From: Candidatus Rokuibacteriota bacterium
Lineage (GTDB): Bacteria; Methylomirabilota; Methylomirabilia; Rokubacteriales; CSP1-6
Length of the DNA stretch: 64,000 bases
Direction of reading: 5' to 3'
Assembly (NCBI GenBank): GCA_016209385.1
Contig: JACQWB010000265.1
Span: 13,977-77,976 of the forward strand
Below are positions 41,066 to 51,248 of the stretch, in pieces (position 1 is the stretch's first letter; each line of letters begins with the position of its first letter). A program made the translations under genes and the position numbers. A model generated the notes under the pieces. It did no database searches, was not told the DNA's origin, and saw only the letters and a program-made list of their open reading frames with translations.

Positions 41066-42528
41066 GCGCGCCTCCGGACGAAAATCGGATTGGAGAGGAG
41101 CCGGTGGGGTTTCTTGATGTCGATCCTGAAGAACTCGCGGCTCCCCGGCGCGGGCGGGGTCGCCTGCACGACCGTCTGGAACGGGGTCCTGCTCTCGAGG
41201 ACCGAGAGCACTCGGCCGGAGCGGATCAGCCTCAGGGTGAAGGGCACCTCCCGCCCGTCGCTGGCGGCGATCCGGAGGCTGACCAGCACGGGCCCTCGCC
41301 CGTGGGCTTCCAGCTCCCCTCCCATCGGCGTCCGCACGCGGCCGTCCTGGCCAACGGAGAAGTCCTCGAGCACGAGCGAGTACTCGGGCACCGGCGTGAC
41401 GGCGTAGTGCCGCCCCGCCCTGAGGGCCGAGAGGACACCCTCCCGAGAGCGTTCACGAACCAGGAAGATCGTCAGGACGTCGCCGAGCTGCTTCGCGGGG
41501 CCGTGGTAGCCCAGCTCGCCGATTCCCCAGGCTGGTCGAGTCCGGCGTCCCTGAGCGTACTCCAGGAGGAGCCGGTCCCAGTGCCGCCCTGGCTCTGTGA
41601 AGGTCACGTGGTCACCGTAGAGAGCCCCGAATCCCGTGTACCCGTGGCTCTGGAGCAGCGCCTCCGGGTACGGGTCGGTCCGGACCACCACCTGCCCCAG
41701 CCGGCCCATGTCGATGCGCTCGAAGTCCCGCGCCTCGGGAAAGGACCAGAGGACGGCCCCGCCCCGGGATTCGGCGTATTCGATCACACGCTGGTACGGC
41801 CCGATCCCCAGGCTCCCCTGGTACGCGTTGAGCTCCGAACCGGCGAAGGCCTCGAGCACGAGGAGCACGCCGAGCCCGATGGCCGACCATCCAGCCAGGC
41901 GGTACCGCGCCGGGACTTTGAGGGTGAAACGGGTCAGCCTGATCTCTCGGGCTCGCCGCGCTGTCAGCAAGCGAAGCCCGCAGCCGATCACCCCGACGGC
42001 CAAGGACAGCTTGAACACGCCCGCCCACCCGAACCCTGAAGCGCTCCCGTTTCCAATGGCCGGGATCTGCTCGTGGCTTTCGGCGCTGGAAAGGCCGACC
42101 ACCAGGAGGTTCTTCTGGACATCCCACAGGGTGAGATCTCCGCGCAGCGGGGAGCCGGTCCAGTAGTAGTGGGGGATGACTTCGACGCCGGGGATCAGGA
42201 TCACGTCGGGAAACCTCGCCTGGGCCGCCTCGACAGAGCGGAGCCACTGCCCGTTCCCAAGCCCCAGGACGGAAGGCCTTTCCACGACCTTCTTGACGAG
42301 GCCCCGGAAAGGAAAGAGGCCGTACTCGAACCGGAGGACGAAGTTCTCGGACAAGATCACGGCCCCGATCCCTTCCCGTCGCGCCGCTTCAACGACCTCA
42401 TCCAGGGAGCGGGAGCCGGTGGAGGCGGTCGTGTGAACATGGACCACGCCCTTCACCTGAAGGAGTGCGGTCTCGGCTTCCCCTGCCAGGAAGACGACCC
42501 CAAGGCCGGCGAGGATGAGCGCCTTCAT
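41062..42528 (-). CDS. PHP-domain protein with signal peptide and internal TM helices, a possible CpsB-type phosphoesterase
   Basis: VVHVHTTASTGSRSLDEVVEAARREGIGAVILSENF is the PHP HxH metal-binding start. Hydrophobic segments lie near aa 150-230. Confidence 0.5.
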   Translation of the reverse strand: MKALILAGLGVVFLAGEAETALLQVKGVVHVHTTASTGSRSLDEVVEAARREGIGAVILSENFVLRFEYGLFPFRGLVKKVVERPSVLGLGNGQWLRSVEAAQARFPDVILIPGVEVIPHYYWTGSPLRGDLTLWDVQKNLLVVGLSSAESHEQIPAIGNGSASGFGWAGVFKLSLAVGVIGCGLRLLTARRAREIRLTRFTLKVPARYRLAGWSAIGLGVLLVLEAFAGSELNAYQGSLGIGPYQRVIEYAESRGGAVLWSFPEARDFERIDMGRLGQVVVRTDPYPEALLQSHGYTGFGALYGDHVTFTEPGRHWDRLLLEYAQGRRTRPAWGIGELGYHGPAKQLGDVLTIFLVRERSREGVLSALRAGRHYAVTPVPEYSLVLEDFSVGQDGRVRTPMGGELEAHGRGPVLVSLRIAASDGREVPFTLRLIRSGRVLSVLESRTPFQTVVQATPPAPGSREFFRIDIKKPHRLLSNPIFVRRRA

Positions 42529-43742
42529 CGCGTCGGCTCCGCGCGGTCAAGCAGCCCGCGGTAGAGGTCCTCGATCCTCTCAAGCATGACCCCGACGCTA
42601 TAGCCGGCCGCCCGCTTACTGCCCGCGCTGGCGAGCCTCAGCCTGAGCGCCGGATCGAGAAGGAGGACCTCGATGCCCCTGACCAGGGCCGCTGCGCTGC
42701 CGGCTTCGACAAGTAGCCCTGCCTCGCCGTCCCCCAGGATGTCAGGGATCCCGCCGGTCCGCGACGCGACAATGGGCAGGCCGGCCGCCATGGCCTCCAC
42801 CAATGCCCTGCCCATCCCCTCGTTGAGTGACGGGAGGACGAAGAGGTCGAAGGCATGCAGGAGGACGGAGGGGTCATCCCGCCAACCCAGGAAGAGCACC
42901 CGATCCGCCACGCCCCAGCGTTGGGCGAGACTGCGGAGGGCAGCAGTCAGCTCTCCGTCACCCACGAGGGCCAGGGAGAGCGCTGGGAACCGCGGGGCGA
43001 GTCGTACAAACGCCTCAAGCAGGTGGATATGTCCCTTGACAGGCTCGAGTCGTCCGACAGACCCGATCAGGAATGCGTCATCGGGAACCCCGAGGGAGGC
43101 GCGGATCCCTGAACGCCGGGAGCGGAGCGATTCGGTGCCGAACCGTTCGATGTCGACCCCGCTGGGGATGCTGACGAACTGTCCGGGCTTCCCGATCTTC
43201 AGCGCCAGATGATCCCGGATCTCCTGCTCCGTCAGCCCGATGATCCGATCGGTGAAGGTTGCGGCCCAGCGCTCCAGGAGGATGAAGAGTCTGGTCAGCA
43301 TCCTTCCGGCGTAACCCGTAAAGACGTGGCCGTGCGGGGTGTGAACGAGATGGGGAACCCCGGCCAGCCGCGCCGCGACCCTCCCCAGGATTCCGGCCTT
43401 CGACGAATGGGTGTGGACGATGTCGAACCTCCCCCGCCGGATGAGCCGGCAGATCTTCACGAGTGCCACTAGGTCCTTCAGGGGCGAGATATGGCGCACC
43501 AGCTCGCCGACTTCTGTCATCTCCACCTTTCCCCGAAGCTCCCGGGCCTCGGGCGGCAACTCCCGTGTCGCGCCGTAGATCAGGCTCGACCGGAAGGGCG
43601 ACGAGAGGCCAGCCACGGTCAGGAGCGTGTTCGTGGTCGAGCCTCCCGGGTCCAGGCGGGTGATGAGGTGGAGAACCCGCACCACGGGGGTTCCCAGCCT
43701 CCCCGCCCGGTCCTCGAGGCCCCTTTCCAGTGTCTCCAGCAT
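42525..43742 (-). CDS. GT4 (group 1) glycosyltransferase
   Basis: VRVLHLITRLDPGGSTTNTL...EGMGRALVEAMAAGLPIVASRTGGIPDIL. The start is uncertain; the track ORF extends to 43877. Confidence 0.7.
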   Translation of the reverse strand: MLETLERGLEDRAGRLGTPVVRVLHLITRLDPGGSTTNTLLTVAGLSSPFRSSLIYGATRELPPEARELRGKVEMTEVGELVRHISPLKDLVALVKICRLIRRGRFDIVHTHSSKAGILGRVAARLAGVPHLVHTPHGHVFTGYAGRMLTRLFILLERWAATFTDRIIGLTEQEIRDHLALKIGKPGQFVSIPSGVDIERFGTESLRSRRSGIRASLGVPDDAFLIGSVGRLEPVKGHIHLLEAFVRLAPRFPALSLALVGDGELTAALRSLAQRWGVADRVLFLGWRDDPSVLLHAFDLFVLPSLNEGMGRALVEAMAAGLPIVASRTGGIPDILGDGEAGLLVEAGSAAALVRGIEVLLLDPALRLRLASAGSKRAAGYSVGVMLERIEDLYRGLLDRAEPTR

Positions 43743-43951
43743 CGAGAGATCCTCGGAGGGGGGCTCCGCCCCCCTTCCGAACCTCCCCCAGAGGTTGCGC
43801 GGGCCAAGCCCGCGCTCGGAGCGCTTCGGCCGTGTCCAGGTGGACGATTGGAGCATTCGAGTGGAGCTTTCCAGCACCCTGCTCTAGTCCCTCTGGCTAT
43901 CGCCGGGCTGCCCGTATCGGGGCGCGTAGCAGCCGAGCGTCGTGATAGGGA

Positions 43952-45172
43952 TCACGCCCCGCACCTGGTCTTCTCCTCGACGCGATCGATCAGGTCGAGA
44001 AGCTCTTGTTCCAGCCGGTCGATGATCCGATCCCAGCCGAAGCAGGCTGAGGCGTAGATCCGGCAGCGCTTCCGCAGGGCCTCATAGCGCTGGGGATCAG
44101 CCCGGAACTGTCGGAGGTGGCCTCGAATTCCCTGGGCGATGGCCTCAGGGCGGGTTCCCCCGAACACCAGATCGGGCTCGAGCCCTCCGAGGACTTCGGG
44201 GATCGCCCCCACCGGGGTCCCCAGGACCGGCGTCCCACAGGCGAGGGCCTCCACCGCCACCAGGCCGAATCCTTCCAGCTCCTTCGATGGGAGGACGAAG
44301 AAGTCCGCCGCCTGGTAGAGCAACGGGAGCCGCTCTTCGGGCACGTACCCCTCGAACCGGACGGCCCGCTCCAGACCCAACCGGTGGGCGAGGTCCCTGA
44401 GAGCGCCTTCGATCGGACCCTCGCCCCCAACGATCAGGATGACATCGTCCAGGGTCTTGACGACGCTCTGCATCGCCTGCAGGAGATGATCAAGCCCCAT
44501 CCGCGGTTCCAGGTTCCGGATCGTGAGGAGCACGGGGCTCCGGAGAGGCAGCCCGAGCATTTCCTTCACCGCGAGCCGGTCGTGGACGGGCCTGAACTGA
44601 TCGAGGTCAACGCCGCCTGGCACGATGGCCGCCCGGCCGTTGAGCCCGCGATGCTCCGCCTCGAGCCGACCCGCCATGAAGCGGCTCAGCACGAAAATCC
44701 GGCGGCAGGCCTTTAACACGAACCGCTCGACGCTCCGCCGGAGGAGCCTCCCGCCCGCATGAAGATTCAAGTATGAGCTGCGGGATTTCCCATCGGGAAC
44801 CCGAGCCGCGTACTCCTCGCCCCACGGCGAGAGGAACACACACGCCTTCGGGAGGTGGCGGCTTCCCGGCGCCAGGAGTACGCCGAGGCCGGAAAGGGGC
44901 TGGTGGAAGATGAGGACATCGAAGCGGACGTGGCGGGCGAGGATCCGAAAGAGGCGGAAGGACCCCAAGCAGGAGCGAAGTGATCGCCGGTAGCGGTAGA
45001 CCCGCACCCCTCCGATCTCTTCGACGGCGTTTCCCCGGCCGTCACGGGTTCCGGCGATGAGGTACACGCTGTGACCCCGTTTGGCCAGGCCCTGGCAATG
45101 GCCAGCGAGCAGTCGCTCCGCGCCGCTTCTCCCTGTCATCAGGTCAACGTCCGAGACCACCAGGACATTCAC
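43952..45172 (-). CDS. GT4 (group 1) glycosyltransferase
   Basis: MNVLVVSDVDLMTGRSGAERLLAGHCQGLAKRGHSVYLIAG...EGFGLVAVEALACGTPVLGTPVGAIPEVL. Confidence 0.8.
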   Translation of the reverse strand: MNVLVVSDVDLMTGRSGAERLLAGHCQGLAKRGHSVYLIAGTRDGRGNAVEEIGGVRVYRYRRSLRSCLGSFRLFRILARHVRFDVLIFHQPLSGLGVLLAPGSRHLPKACVFLSPWGEEYAARVPDGKSRSSYLNLHAGGRLLRRSVERFVLKACRRIFVLSRFMAGRLEAEHRGLNGRAAIVPGGVDLDQFRPVHDRLAVKEMLGLPLRSPVLLTIRNLEPRMGLDHLLQAMQSVVKTLDDVILIVGGEGPIEGALRDLAHRLGLERAVRFEGYVPEERLPLLYQAADFFVLPSKELEGFGLVAVEALACGTPVLGTPVGAIPEVLGGLEPDLVFGGTRPEAIAQGIRGHLRQFRADPQRYEALRKRCRIYASACFGWDRIIDRLEQELLDLIDRVEEKTRCGA

Positions 45173-46299
45173 CGGGCTTCCTTCTCCAAAAGCGTGGTGT
45201 AGAATGCTTCGACCTCGTCGACCATCCGCTCGACGGTGAACCGATCCTCAATCAGTTTCCGGCCCGCCCCTCCTAGCCGACGTGCCAGCTCGGGATCCTT
45301 CACGAGCGAGACGATCGCGTCGGCCAGGGCGACGGGATCCCGAGGGCGCACGAGGAGCCCGGCGCCCCCGTGCTGGACGACCTCGGCGACGCCGTCGATC
45401 CTGGTCGCCACAACGGGCCGGGCCATGGCCAGAGCCTCGAGCAGGACCCGCGGGAGTCCCTCGAGGATCGAGGGGAGCGCGAAGACATCCATCAGGGACA
45501 GGAGGTGGGGGACGTCCTCCCGAAACCCGGCGAAGCGACACGCGTGAAGGCCCAGCTCGCGGCTCAACCCTTCCAGGCTCCGCCGGAACGGCCCGTCCCC
45601 CACGATCAGGACCTGGACGTTGGGAATCGACCTCTGCGCCAGCGACGCGGCCTGGAGAAAGACGTGCTGGGCCTTCTGGTAGACCAGCCTGCCGATGGTC
45701 CCCACCACCGGCGCTCCGGGCTCCAGTGCCAGCTCTCGCCTCAACCCGAATCCGTTCTGGCCCTCCGGGCTGAAGGCCTCAAGCTCGACACCGCTGTAGA
45801 TCCTCCTCACCTTCGCCTCGGGGATCCGGTGGCCCTCGACCAGGGTCTTTCGCACCGCGTCGGAAACGGCGATGAAGCCATCGGTGAGCCGCTCTGTCAG
45901 CCGGATCACCCTTCGATAGAGCGCGCGCTTCAGCGCGGACACCTCGTAGCCGTCGACGAACATGGCCACCGTGGAGACGACCAGAGGTCTGCCGGCCAGC
46001 CTGGCAGCGATACGGGCAGCGAAGTCGGCGCGGGCGCCCATGCTGTGGACCAGGTCAACCTGCTCGTGCCGCATGATGGCGGAGAGACGGAGGATCCGCA
46101 TGAGGCTCAGCTGCCGGCGGAAGTCCAGGGGCCGGATCGGAACCGCCATGGATTGGAGCCGCCTCCCCAGCAGACCGCCGGGGGCGCAGGCGAAGCGGAT
46201 CTCGTAGCGGTCGCGCAATGCCTCCGCGAGCTGGGCAAAGCCTCGCTCGCCGCCCCCAAACTCCAGGTTGTCGATGACGTAGAGGATCTTCGCCTTCAT
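45169..46299 (-). CDS. GT4 (group 1) glycosyltransferase
   Basis: MKAKILYVIDNLEFGGGERGF...EGLPRVLLEALAMARPVVATRIDGVAEVV. Start at the second Met. Confidence 0.75.
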   Translation of the reverse strand: MKAKILYVIDNLEFGGGERGFAQLAEALRDRYEIRFACAPGGLLGRRLQSMAVPIRPLDFRRQLSLMRILRLSAIMRHEQVDLVHSMGARADFAARIAARLAGRPLVVSTVAMFVDGYEVSALKRALYRRVIRLTERLTDGFIAVSDAVRKTLVEGHRIPEAKVRRIYSGVELEAFSPEGQNGFGLRRELALEPGAPVVGTIGRLVYQKAQHVFLQAASLAQRSIPNVQVLIVGDGPFRRSLEGLSRELGLHACRFAGFREDVPHLLSLMDVFALPSILEGLPRVLLEALAMARPVVATRIDGVAEVVQHGGAGLLVRPRDPVALADAIVSLVKDPELARRLGGAGRKLIEDRFTVERMVDEVEAFYTTLLEKEAR

Positions 46300-48164
46300 C
46301 TCCGCGTCCGGTGCCACAGTTCCAGGACCAAGAGCTTCCAGAGAAGCGGCGACCAGTCGGCGCGCCGCTGCCGGTGAGCGTCCAGAAGCGCCTCCACGAA
46401 CGGCGCCCGGAGATAGCCGCGGCCCCGCGCCGTCCCATCCAGGAGAAGGTCGGCGGCCATCTCCCTCAGGTCTTCACGGAGCCAGCGCGCCACCGGAGGG
46501 TCGAACCCCCGCTTCGGAAGGCTCAGGAGATCCGCCGGCAGGATCCCGCTGAGGGCTTTTTTCAAGATGAACTTGCGCCTGAGCCCGCGGAGCTTGAAGG
46601 AGCCGGGGATCCCGAAGGCGAATTCGACGAAGCGATGATCGAGAAACGGCGAGCGCGCCTCCAGGCCGTGGGCCATGGTGGCCATGTCCATCTTGTAGAG
46701 GAGGTCGTCAGGGAGGAAGCCGCTCGCGTCGGCAGCGAGCATCCGGTTCACCCTGTCCTCGATCGGGATGGCTCGGTAGCGCTCGGCCAGCAGGTCGGGC
46801 GGATTCCCGATGGCGGCCCTGAAGTCGGCCGTGTAGAGCTTCGCCCGCGCGGTCTCCTCGAGGGTGCCCGAGAGGACGGCGTAGCGCTCGGGGTGCGACA
46901 ACGACGCTGACCGACAGATCGCCTGGAGGCTCGTGAGCCGCCGGGTCTCCGGGGCCAGGCGTCGGAGGAACGAGATGCTCCGATCCAGAAGGCCGTCGTG
47001 AAACGGCCGCGGCAGAACCCCGAGCCAGCCCGCCGCCCGGTTCTGCCAGTACTTTCCGTAACCGGCGAACGTCTCGTCTCCGCCATCGCCGTTCAGAGCC
47101 ACGGTCACGTGCTCCCGCGCGAAGCGGGCCAGATACCACGTGGGGATGATCGACGGGTCTCCGAACGGCTCGTCCAGGTGGCAGACCAGCCGCGGCAGAA
47201 GACCGACGGCGTCGGGCTTGACGACCAGCTCGTGATGGGCTGTCCCGAAGGCCCGCGCCACGCGCCGCGCCCGTTCCAGGTCGTCGCCGTCGCCCTCGAA
47301 GCCCACCGCGAACGTCCTGACAGGCGCGGGGGAGACCTCCGCCATCAGGGCCACCACGGCGCTCGAGTCGATCCCACCGCTCAGGAAGGCTCCGACGGGC
47401 ACATCGCTCGCCATCCTCAGCCGGACCGCCTCCTGCAGGCGCTGGACCAGCTCCTGGCAGAGCGCCTGCTCGTCGCCATCCTGGCCCGCCGAGGCTCCGA
47501 CCTGCCAGTACGGCTTGATCCTCAGCATGTCTCCGCTCAGCAGCAAGAGGTGGGCCGGGGGGAGCTTTCGGATGGATCGGAAGATCGTCAGGGGATGCGG
47601 GATGTAGCGGTAGGAGAGGTAGTAGTGGAGGGCGAGCGGATCTACCTCCTGCGCCATCCCATCGGCGAGGATCGCCTTCATCTCGGAGGCAAACCGGAAG
47701 GTTCGGCCGTCGAAGGCGTAGAAGAGGGGCTTTTTCCCGAGCCGGTCGCGGGCGAGGAGCAGCCGGCGCCGTCGTCTGTCCCAGAGCGCGAAGGCGAACA
47801 TCCCGCGAAGCCGCTCGACCGCTCCGGGGCCCTCCTCCTCGTAGAGGTGGACGAGGATCTCGGTGTCGGTCCGAGACCGGAACCGGTGCCCCTTCGTTTC
47901 CAGCTCGGCTCTGAGCTCGGGGAAGTTGTAGATCTCCCCGTTAAAGACGACCCAGATGCTGCCGTCCTCGTTCGCGAGGGGCTGCTGCCCCGCCGGCGAG
48001 AGGTCGAGAATGGCGAGCCGGCGGGCGGCGAGACCGAGCCCGCCGTCGAGGAGGACGGACTGATCATCGGGGCCGCGGTGGGCCAGGAGGCGCGCCATGC
48101 GCTCGAGCGCCTCCGGCTCGACCGGCTCGCCGCCGAGATTCAGCTTGCCGGCGATCCCGCACAT
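46296..48164 (-). CDS. asnB: Asparagine synthetase B (glutamine-hydrolysing) / WbpS-like polysaccharide amidotransferase
   Basis: MCGIAG N-terminal nucleophile. GAFLSGGIDSS PP-loop. Start at Met10 of the track ORF. Confidence 0.85.
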   Translation of the reverse strand: MCGIAGKLNLGGEPVEPEALERMARLLAHRGPDDQSVLLDGGLGLAARRLAILDLSPAGQQPLANEDGSIWVVFNGEIYNFPELRAELETKGHRFRSRTDTEILVHLYEEEGPGAVERLRGMFAFALWDRRRRRLLLARDRLGKKPLFYAFDGRTFRFASEMKAILADGMAQEVDPLALHYYLSYRYIPHPLTIFRSIRKLPPAHLLLLSGDMLRIKPYWQVGASAGQDGDEQALCQELVQRLQEAVRLRMASDVPVGAFLSGGIDSSAVVALMAEVSPAPVRTFAVGFEGDGDDLERARRVARAFGTAHHELVVKPDAVGLLPRLVCHLDEPFGDPSIIPTWYLARFAREHVTVALNGDGGDETFAGYGKYWQNRAAGWLGVLPRPFHDGLLDRSISFLRRLAPETRRLTSLQAICRSASLSHPERYAVLSGTLEETARAKLYTADFRAAIGNPPDLLAERYRAIPIEDRVNRMLAADASGFLPDDLLYKMDMATMAHGLEARSPFLDHRFVEFAFGIPGSFKLRGLRRKFILKKALSGILPADLLSLPKRGFDPPVARWLREDLREMAADLLLDGTARGRGYLRAPFVEALLDAHRQRRADWSPLLWKLLVLELWHRTRR

Positions 48165-49648
48165 AGCTTCGACCTGCTGATGAGACTCCACGCCTCGAGA
48201 TCCTCGGCCTCAAGCCCCATGCGCCTGAGGAGGAACGGATAGAGGAGCCAGATCCCTCCCGCCGCGACGAGCCGCGGCACAGGTTTCTCGCCGACGAGAG
48301 GCGCGAGAACTAGCTGCAACGCCGCGACCACCAGGGCGACTAGGATGGGCTTGACGATGGCTCGGGTATAGGGCTGGAGCCCGGTGAACCGCCACGCCAT
48401 CCAGACGTTGGCGAGGTTGCTCGACGCAATGGTCAGGCCGGTGGCGACGGCCGCGCCGAAGAGCCCGAACAGGGGGATCAGGGAGGCATTCAGCGCCAGG
48501 CCTAGCGCCCCGACCGCCAGTGACGAGTACAGCACTGCGTCAGATCTCCCAGCCATGAGGACCAGGTCCCCGGCCGACCCGGTGCCCGTCATGACCAGCG
48601 TCGCCACCGAGAGGATGAGAAGCGCGGGGGCCGCCTCCACGAAGCCCTGGCCGAAGAGCGCCAGGAGCGACTCGGCGTTCGTGACGGTGTAAAGGAAGAG
48701 CGGCACAGAGAGGATGAGCACCCAGCGCGTAGAGCGCTGGTAGAGCCGCCCCACCTCGGCGAGATCGCCCTGGCCGTCTAGCGCATAGATCTTCGGCGCG
48801 AACACGGCGCCGACCGCCGTCAGGAACATCGCGCCCAGGCCCGCCAGCCGGCCTACCGCGCCGTAGAGGCCTACCTCCGCTGTGCTCAGGTAGTAGCCGA
48901 GGAGGAGCGTGTCCGCCCACTGGAGGGCGAACCCCACCAGGTTGCTGACGAACAACGGGAGCGAAAAGGCCATGAGCGCGCCGAAACGGAACTCGAGGGA
49001 GGCACGGGAGAAGAGAGGGAAGGCGAACGAGAGCCAGATGATACCCACCAGCGCCGTCGTGACTGCGGCCAGGAGGTGCGAGGCGGCAGCCGCGACGAGG
49101 TGCCAGCCGAGCAGGCCCAGGCCCGCGAAAACCGCGATGCGCAGCAGTGGGTCGAGCAGGTACTGGATCACGGAGAGTGCGGCGGGCCGCCTCAGCGCCT
49201 GAAGAGTGCTCACCGAGAGCGTTGCCAGCGTGGTGAACGGAAGCGCGAGCGCAAATACGGGGAGCAGCCACGCGAGGTCGGACGCTTTAAACCAGGCGGC
49301 TGCTGAGGGTGTGAGCGCGAGAAGGCCTACACCCGCGAGGAGGCTTCCCCCCAGCCCGACCAGGCTCCCGCCCACAAACGTCCCCCTGACGCGCCCCAGG
49401 TCGCCCCGCCCCTCGGCCGTCGCCGATTCGCGGAGGACCCACCACCGGAGCCCCAGGTCTGCCAGAAGCGACGCAAACGTGAAGAGCGCTAGACCAAGGA
49501 GGAAGGCTCCGTACCCGACGGGGCCGAGGACGCGGCCGAGGAGGAGATGGTAGAAGAAGCTCAGGGCTCTCCCCACCAGCTGCCCGGCGAAGACGACCCC
49601 GGCTCCGATCAGGAGCTGAACGCTTTCCGGCGCACGTCCCGCGGTCAT
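48140..49648 (-). CDS. Wzx-like MOP-family oligosaccharide flippase
   Basis: 12-14 TM helices. Start at Met17, which abuts the stop of the upstream GT2 gene. Confidence 0.75.
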   Translation of the reverse strand: MTAGRAPESVQLLIGAGVVFAGQLVGRALSFFYHLLLGRVLGPVGYGAFLLGLALFTFASLLADLGLRWWVLRESATAEGRGDLGRVRGTFVGGSLVGLGGSLLAGVGLLALTPSAAAWFKASDLAWLLPVFALALPFTTLATLSVSTLQALRRPAALSVIQYLLDPLLRIAVFAGLGLLGWHLVAAAASHLLAAVTTALVGIIWLSFAFPLFSRASLEFRFGALMAFSLPLFVSNLVGFALQWADTLLLGYYLSTAEVGLYGAVGRLAGLGAMFLTAVGAVFAPKIYALDGQGDLAEVGRLYQRSTRWVLILSVPLFLYTVTNAESLLALFGQGFVEAAPALLILSVATLVMTGTGSAGDLVLMAGRSDAVLYSSLAVGALGLALNASLIPLFGLFGAAVATGLTIASSNLANVWMAWRFTGLQPYTRAIVKPILVALVVAALQLVLAPLVGEKPVPRLVAAGGIWLLYPFLLRRMGLEAEDLEAWSLISRSKLCAGSPAS

Positions 49649-50544
49649 GATCGGCCTTCCCGGCGCCCGCCATTCGGCCGCAGCGTCTGGAGCCATAGGA
49701 CATAGGCGCGCCAGAAGCTCCGGCAGTTCCTGATCGCGTGGCCGAATTCAGCGCGCGCGCGCCTCGGCTCGCACTTCGCGAGGAGGTGGAGCCCGTGGTG
49801 GTAATGGGCTGACGCGCGATATCGCCTGACCAGGCTCGCGTGCTGGGGAAATCGCACTGCCAGCTCCGCGGCCACGATGAGCCGATCCAGGACCATCCGC
49901 CCGTCCTGCCAGGCGTTCCGCGAGTGGTACCGAAGGCTGGCGAGGGGGAGGGGGAGGTAGCTGAACCGAAACTCGGCAGCAAGACGGACGAGTAACTCAT
50001 AATCATCGCAGCCGTACAGCCGCTCGTCGAATCCGCCGACCTTTTTGAAGCACTCGTGGCGGATCATTGTCGTCATGATCGGAACCGCGACCCCGTGGCG
50101 CAGGAAGCGCTCCAGCAGCCATCCCTCCGGCTGCGGCCCGTCGAAGCGTCGGCCGATGATCCTGCCAGTTGCGTCGATGTGCTCGGCGTTGGTGTAGACC
50201 GCCCCGACCTGCGGGTCGTGGCTTAGCCGGGATACCTGAAGGGCGAGCTTGTCCGGATGCCAGAGGTCGTCCTGGTCGAGAATGCAGATGGCCTCCCCCT
50301 TCGCCTCCATCAACCCGCGGTTCCGCGCGCCGGGAATCCCCCGGTTCGGCTGCTCGACGTACCGGAGGCGCGGATCATTGAACGAGCGCACGATCTCGCC
50401 GGAGCGATCCGCGGAGCCGTCGTTGATCACGATCAGCTCGTGCTCGGTGTGGGATTGGGCGAGGACACTTCGGATCGTCTCGGCGATCCAGCGCTCGCCG
50501 TTGTAACAGGTCAGAATCACGCTCACCAACGCCGGGTCGGCCAT
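49645..50544 (-). CDS. GT2 glycosyltransferase
   Basis: VSVILTCYNGERWIAETIRSVLAQSHTEHELIVINDGSADRS. DxD in ILDQDDLWHPDK. Confidence 0.75.
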   Translation of the reverse strand: MADPALVSVILTCYNGERWIAETIRSVLAQSHTEHELIVINDGSADRSGEIVRSFNDPRLRYVEQPNRGIPGARNRGLMEAKGEAICILDQDDLWHPDKLALQVSRLSHDPQVGAVYTNAEHIDATGRIIGRRFDGPQPEGWLLERFLRHGVAVPIMTTMIRHECFKKVGGFDERLYGCDDYELLVRLAAEFRFSYLPLPLASLRYHSRNAWQDGRMVLDRLIVAAELAVRFPQHASLVRRYRASAHYHHGLHLLAKCEPRRARAEFGHAIRNCRSFWRAYVLWLQTLRPNGGRREGRS

Positions 50545-50549
50545 ATGCC

Positions 50550-51242
50550 TCACTCGTCCGGCTCGAGGCTGAAAACGAAGTGCACCGCGAAGAGCCCTGG
50601 CCACGCGCGAGCCACCCGCTCGGCCGCCAGCGTCATCAGCGCGGCGACCCTTCCGGGGCGGGCCCGCTGGCGCGCAGCCACACGGTTTCCCAGGGGCACG
50701 TCCCAGGCGATGCGTTCCGTGACCACGCGGTACCCACCGGCATGGCAGAGCGCCAGCGCTGATTCGTACGAAAAGAAGCGCAGGTGGGTCTCGTCCATGA
50801 GCCCAGTCGGTTCGTACCTAAACTCGCCGCGAACCAGGCGCAATCGCATCCGCCACGTCAGGAAATTCGGGATCGAGGCATACACGCGGCCACAGCGGCC
50901 CAGCTTCCCGCGGAGGGCCCGGAGGAGGCGCTCCGGCTCGCGCAGATGCTCGAGAATGTCCGAGCAGACGATCGCGGCGAATCCGTCAGGCAGTATCGCG
51001 ACAATGTCCGGATCCTCCAGGTCGCCGACGATGACGTCGTCGCACACCTCTTTGGCCAGGGCGGCAAGGGCGGGATCGCGCTCGACGCCGACGACGTAGC
51101 AGCCGTTGGTCTTGAGCAGGGCAGCGATGCGGCCGCCAGCGCACCCCACGTCGAGGACGCGCACGCCGGCTGGAACGGCCCGCGCAATCATGACCTGCGG
51201 CCGCTTGAAGTCGTTTGGGGCGATCGGCTCCACGTACTTCAC
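50550..51242 (-). CDS. Class I SAM-dependent methyltransferase
   Basis: VLDVGCAGGRIAALLKTNGCYVVGVERD...CSDILEHLREP. Confidence 0.75.
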   Translation of the reverse strand: MKYVEPIAPNDFKRPQVMIARAVPAGVRVLDVGCAGGRIAALLKTNGCYVVGVERDPALAALAKEVCDDVIVGDLEDPDIVAILPDGFAAIVCSDILEHLREPERLLRALRGKLGRCGRVYASIPNFLTWRMRLRLVRGEFRYEPTGLMDETHLRFFSYESALALCHAGGYRVVTERIAWDVPLGNRVAARQRARPGRVAALMTLAAERVARAWPGLFAVHFVFSLEPDE

Positions 51243-51248
51243 GCTCGT

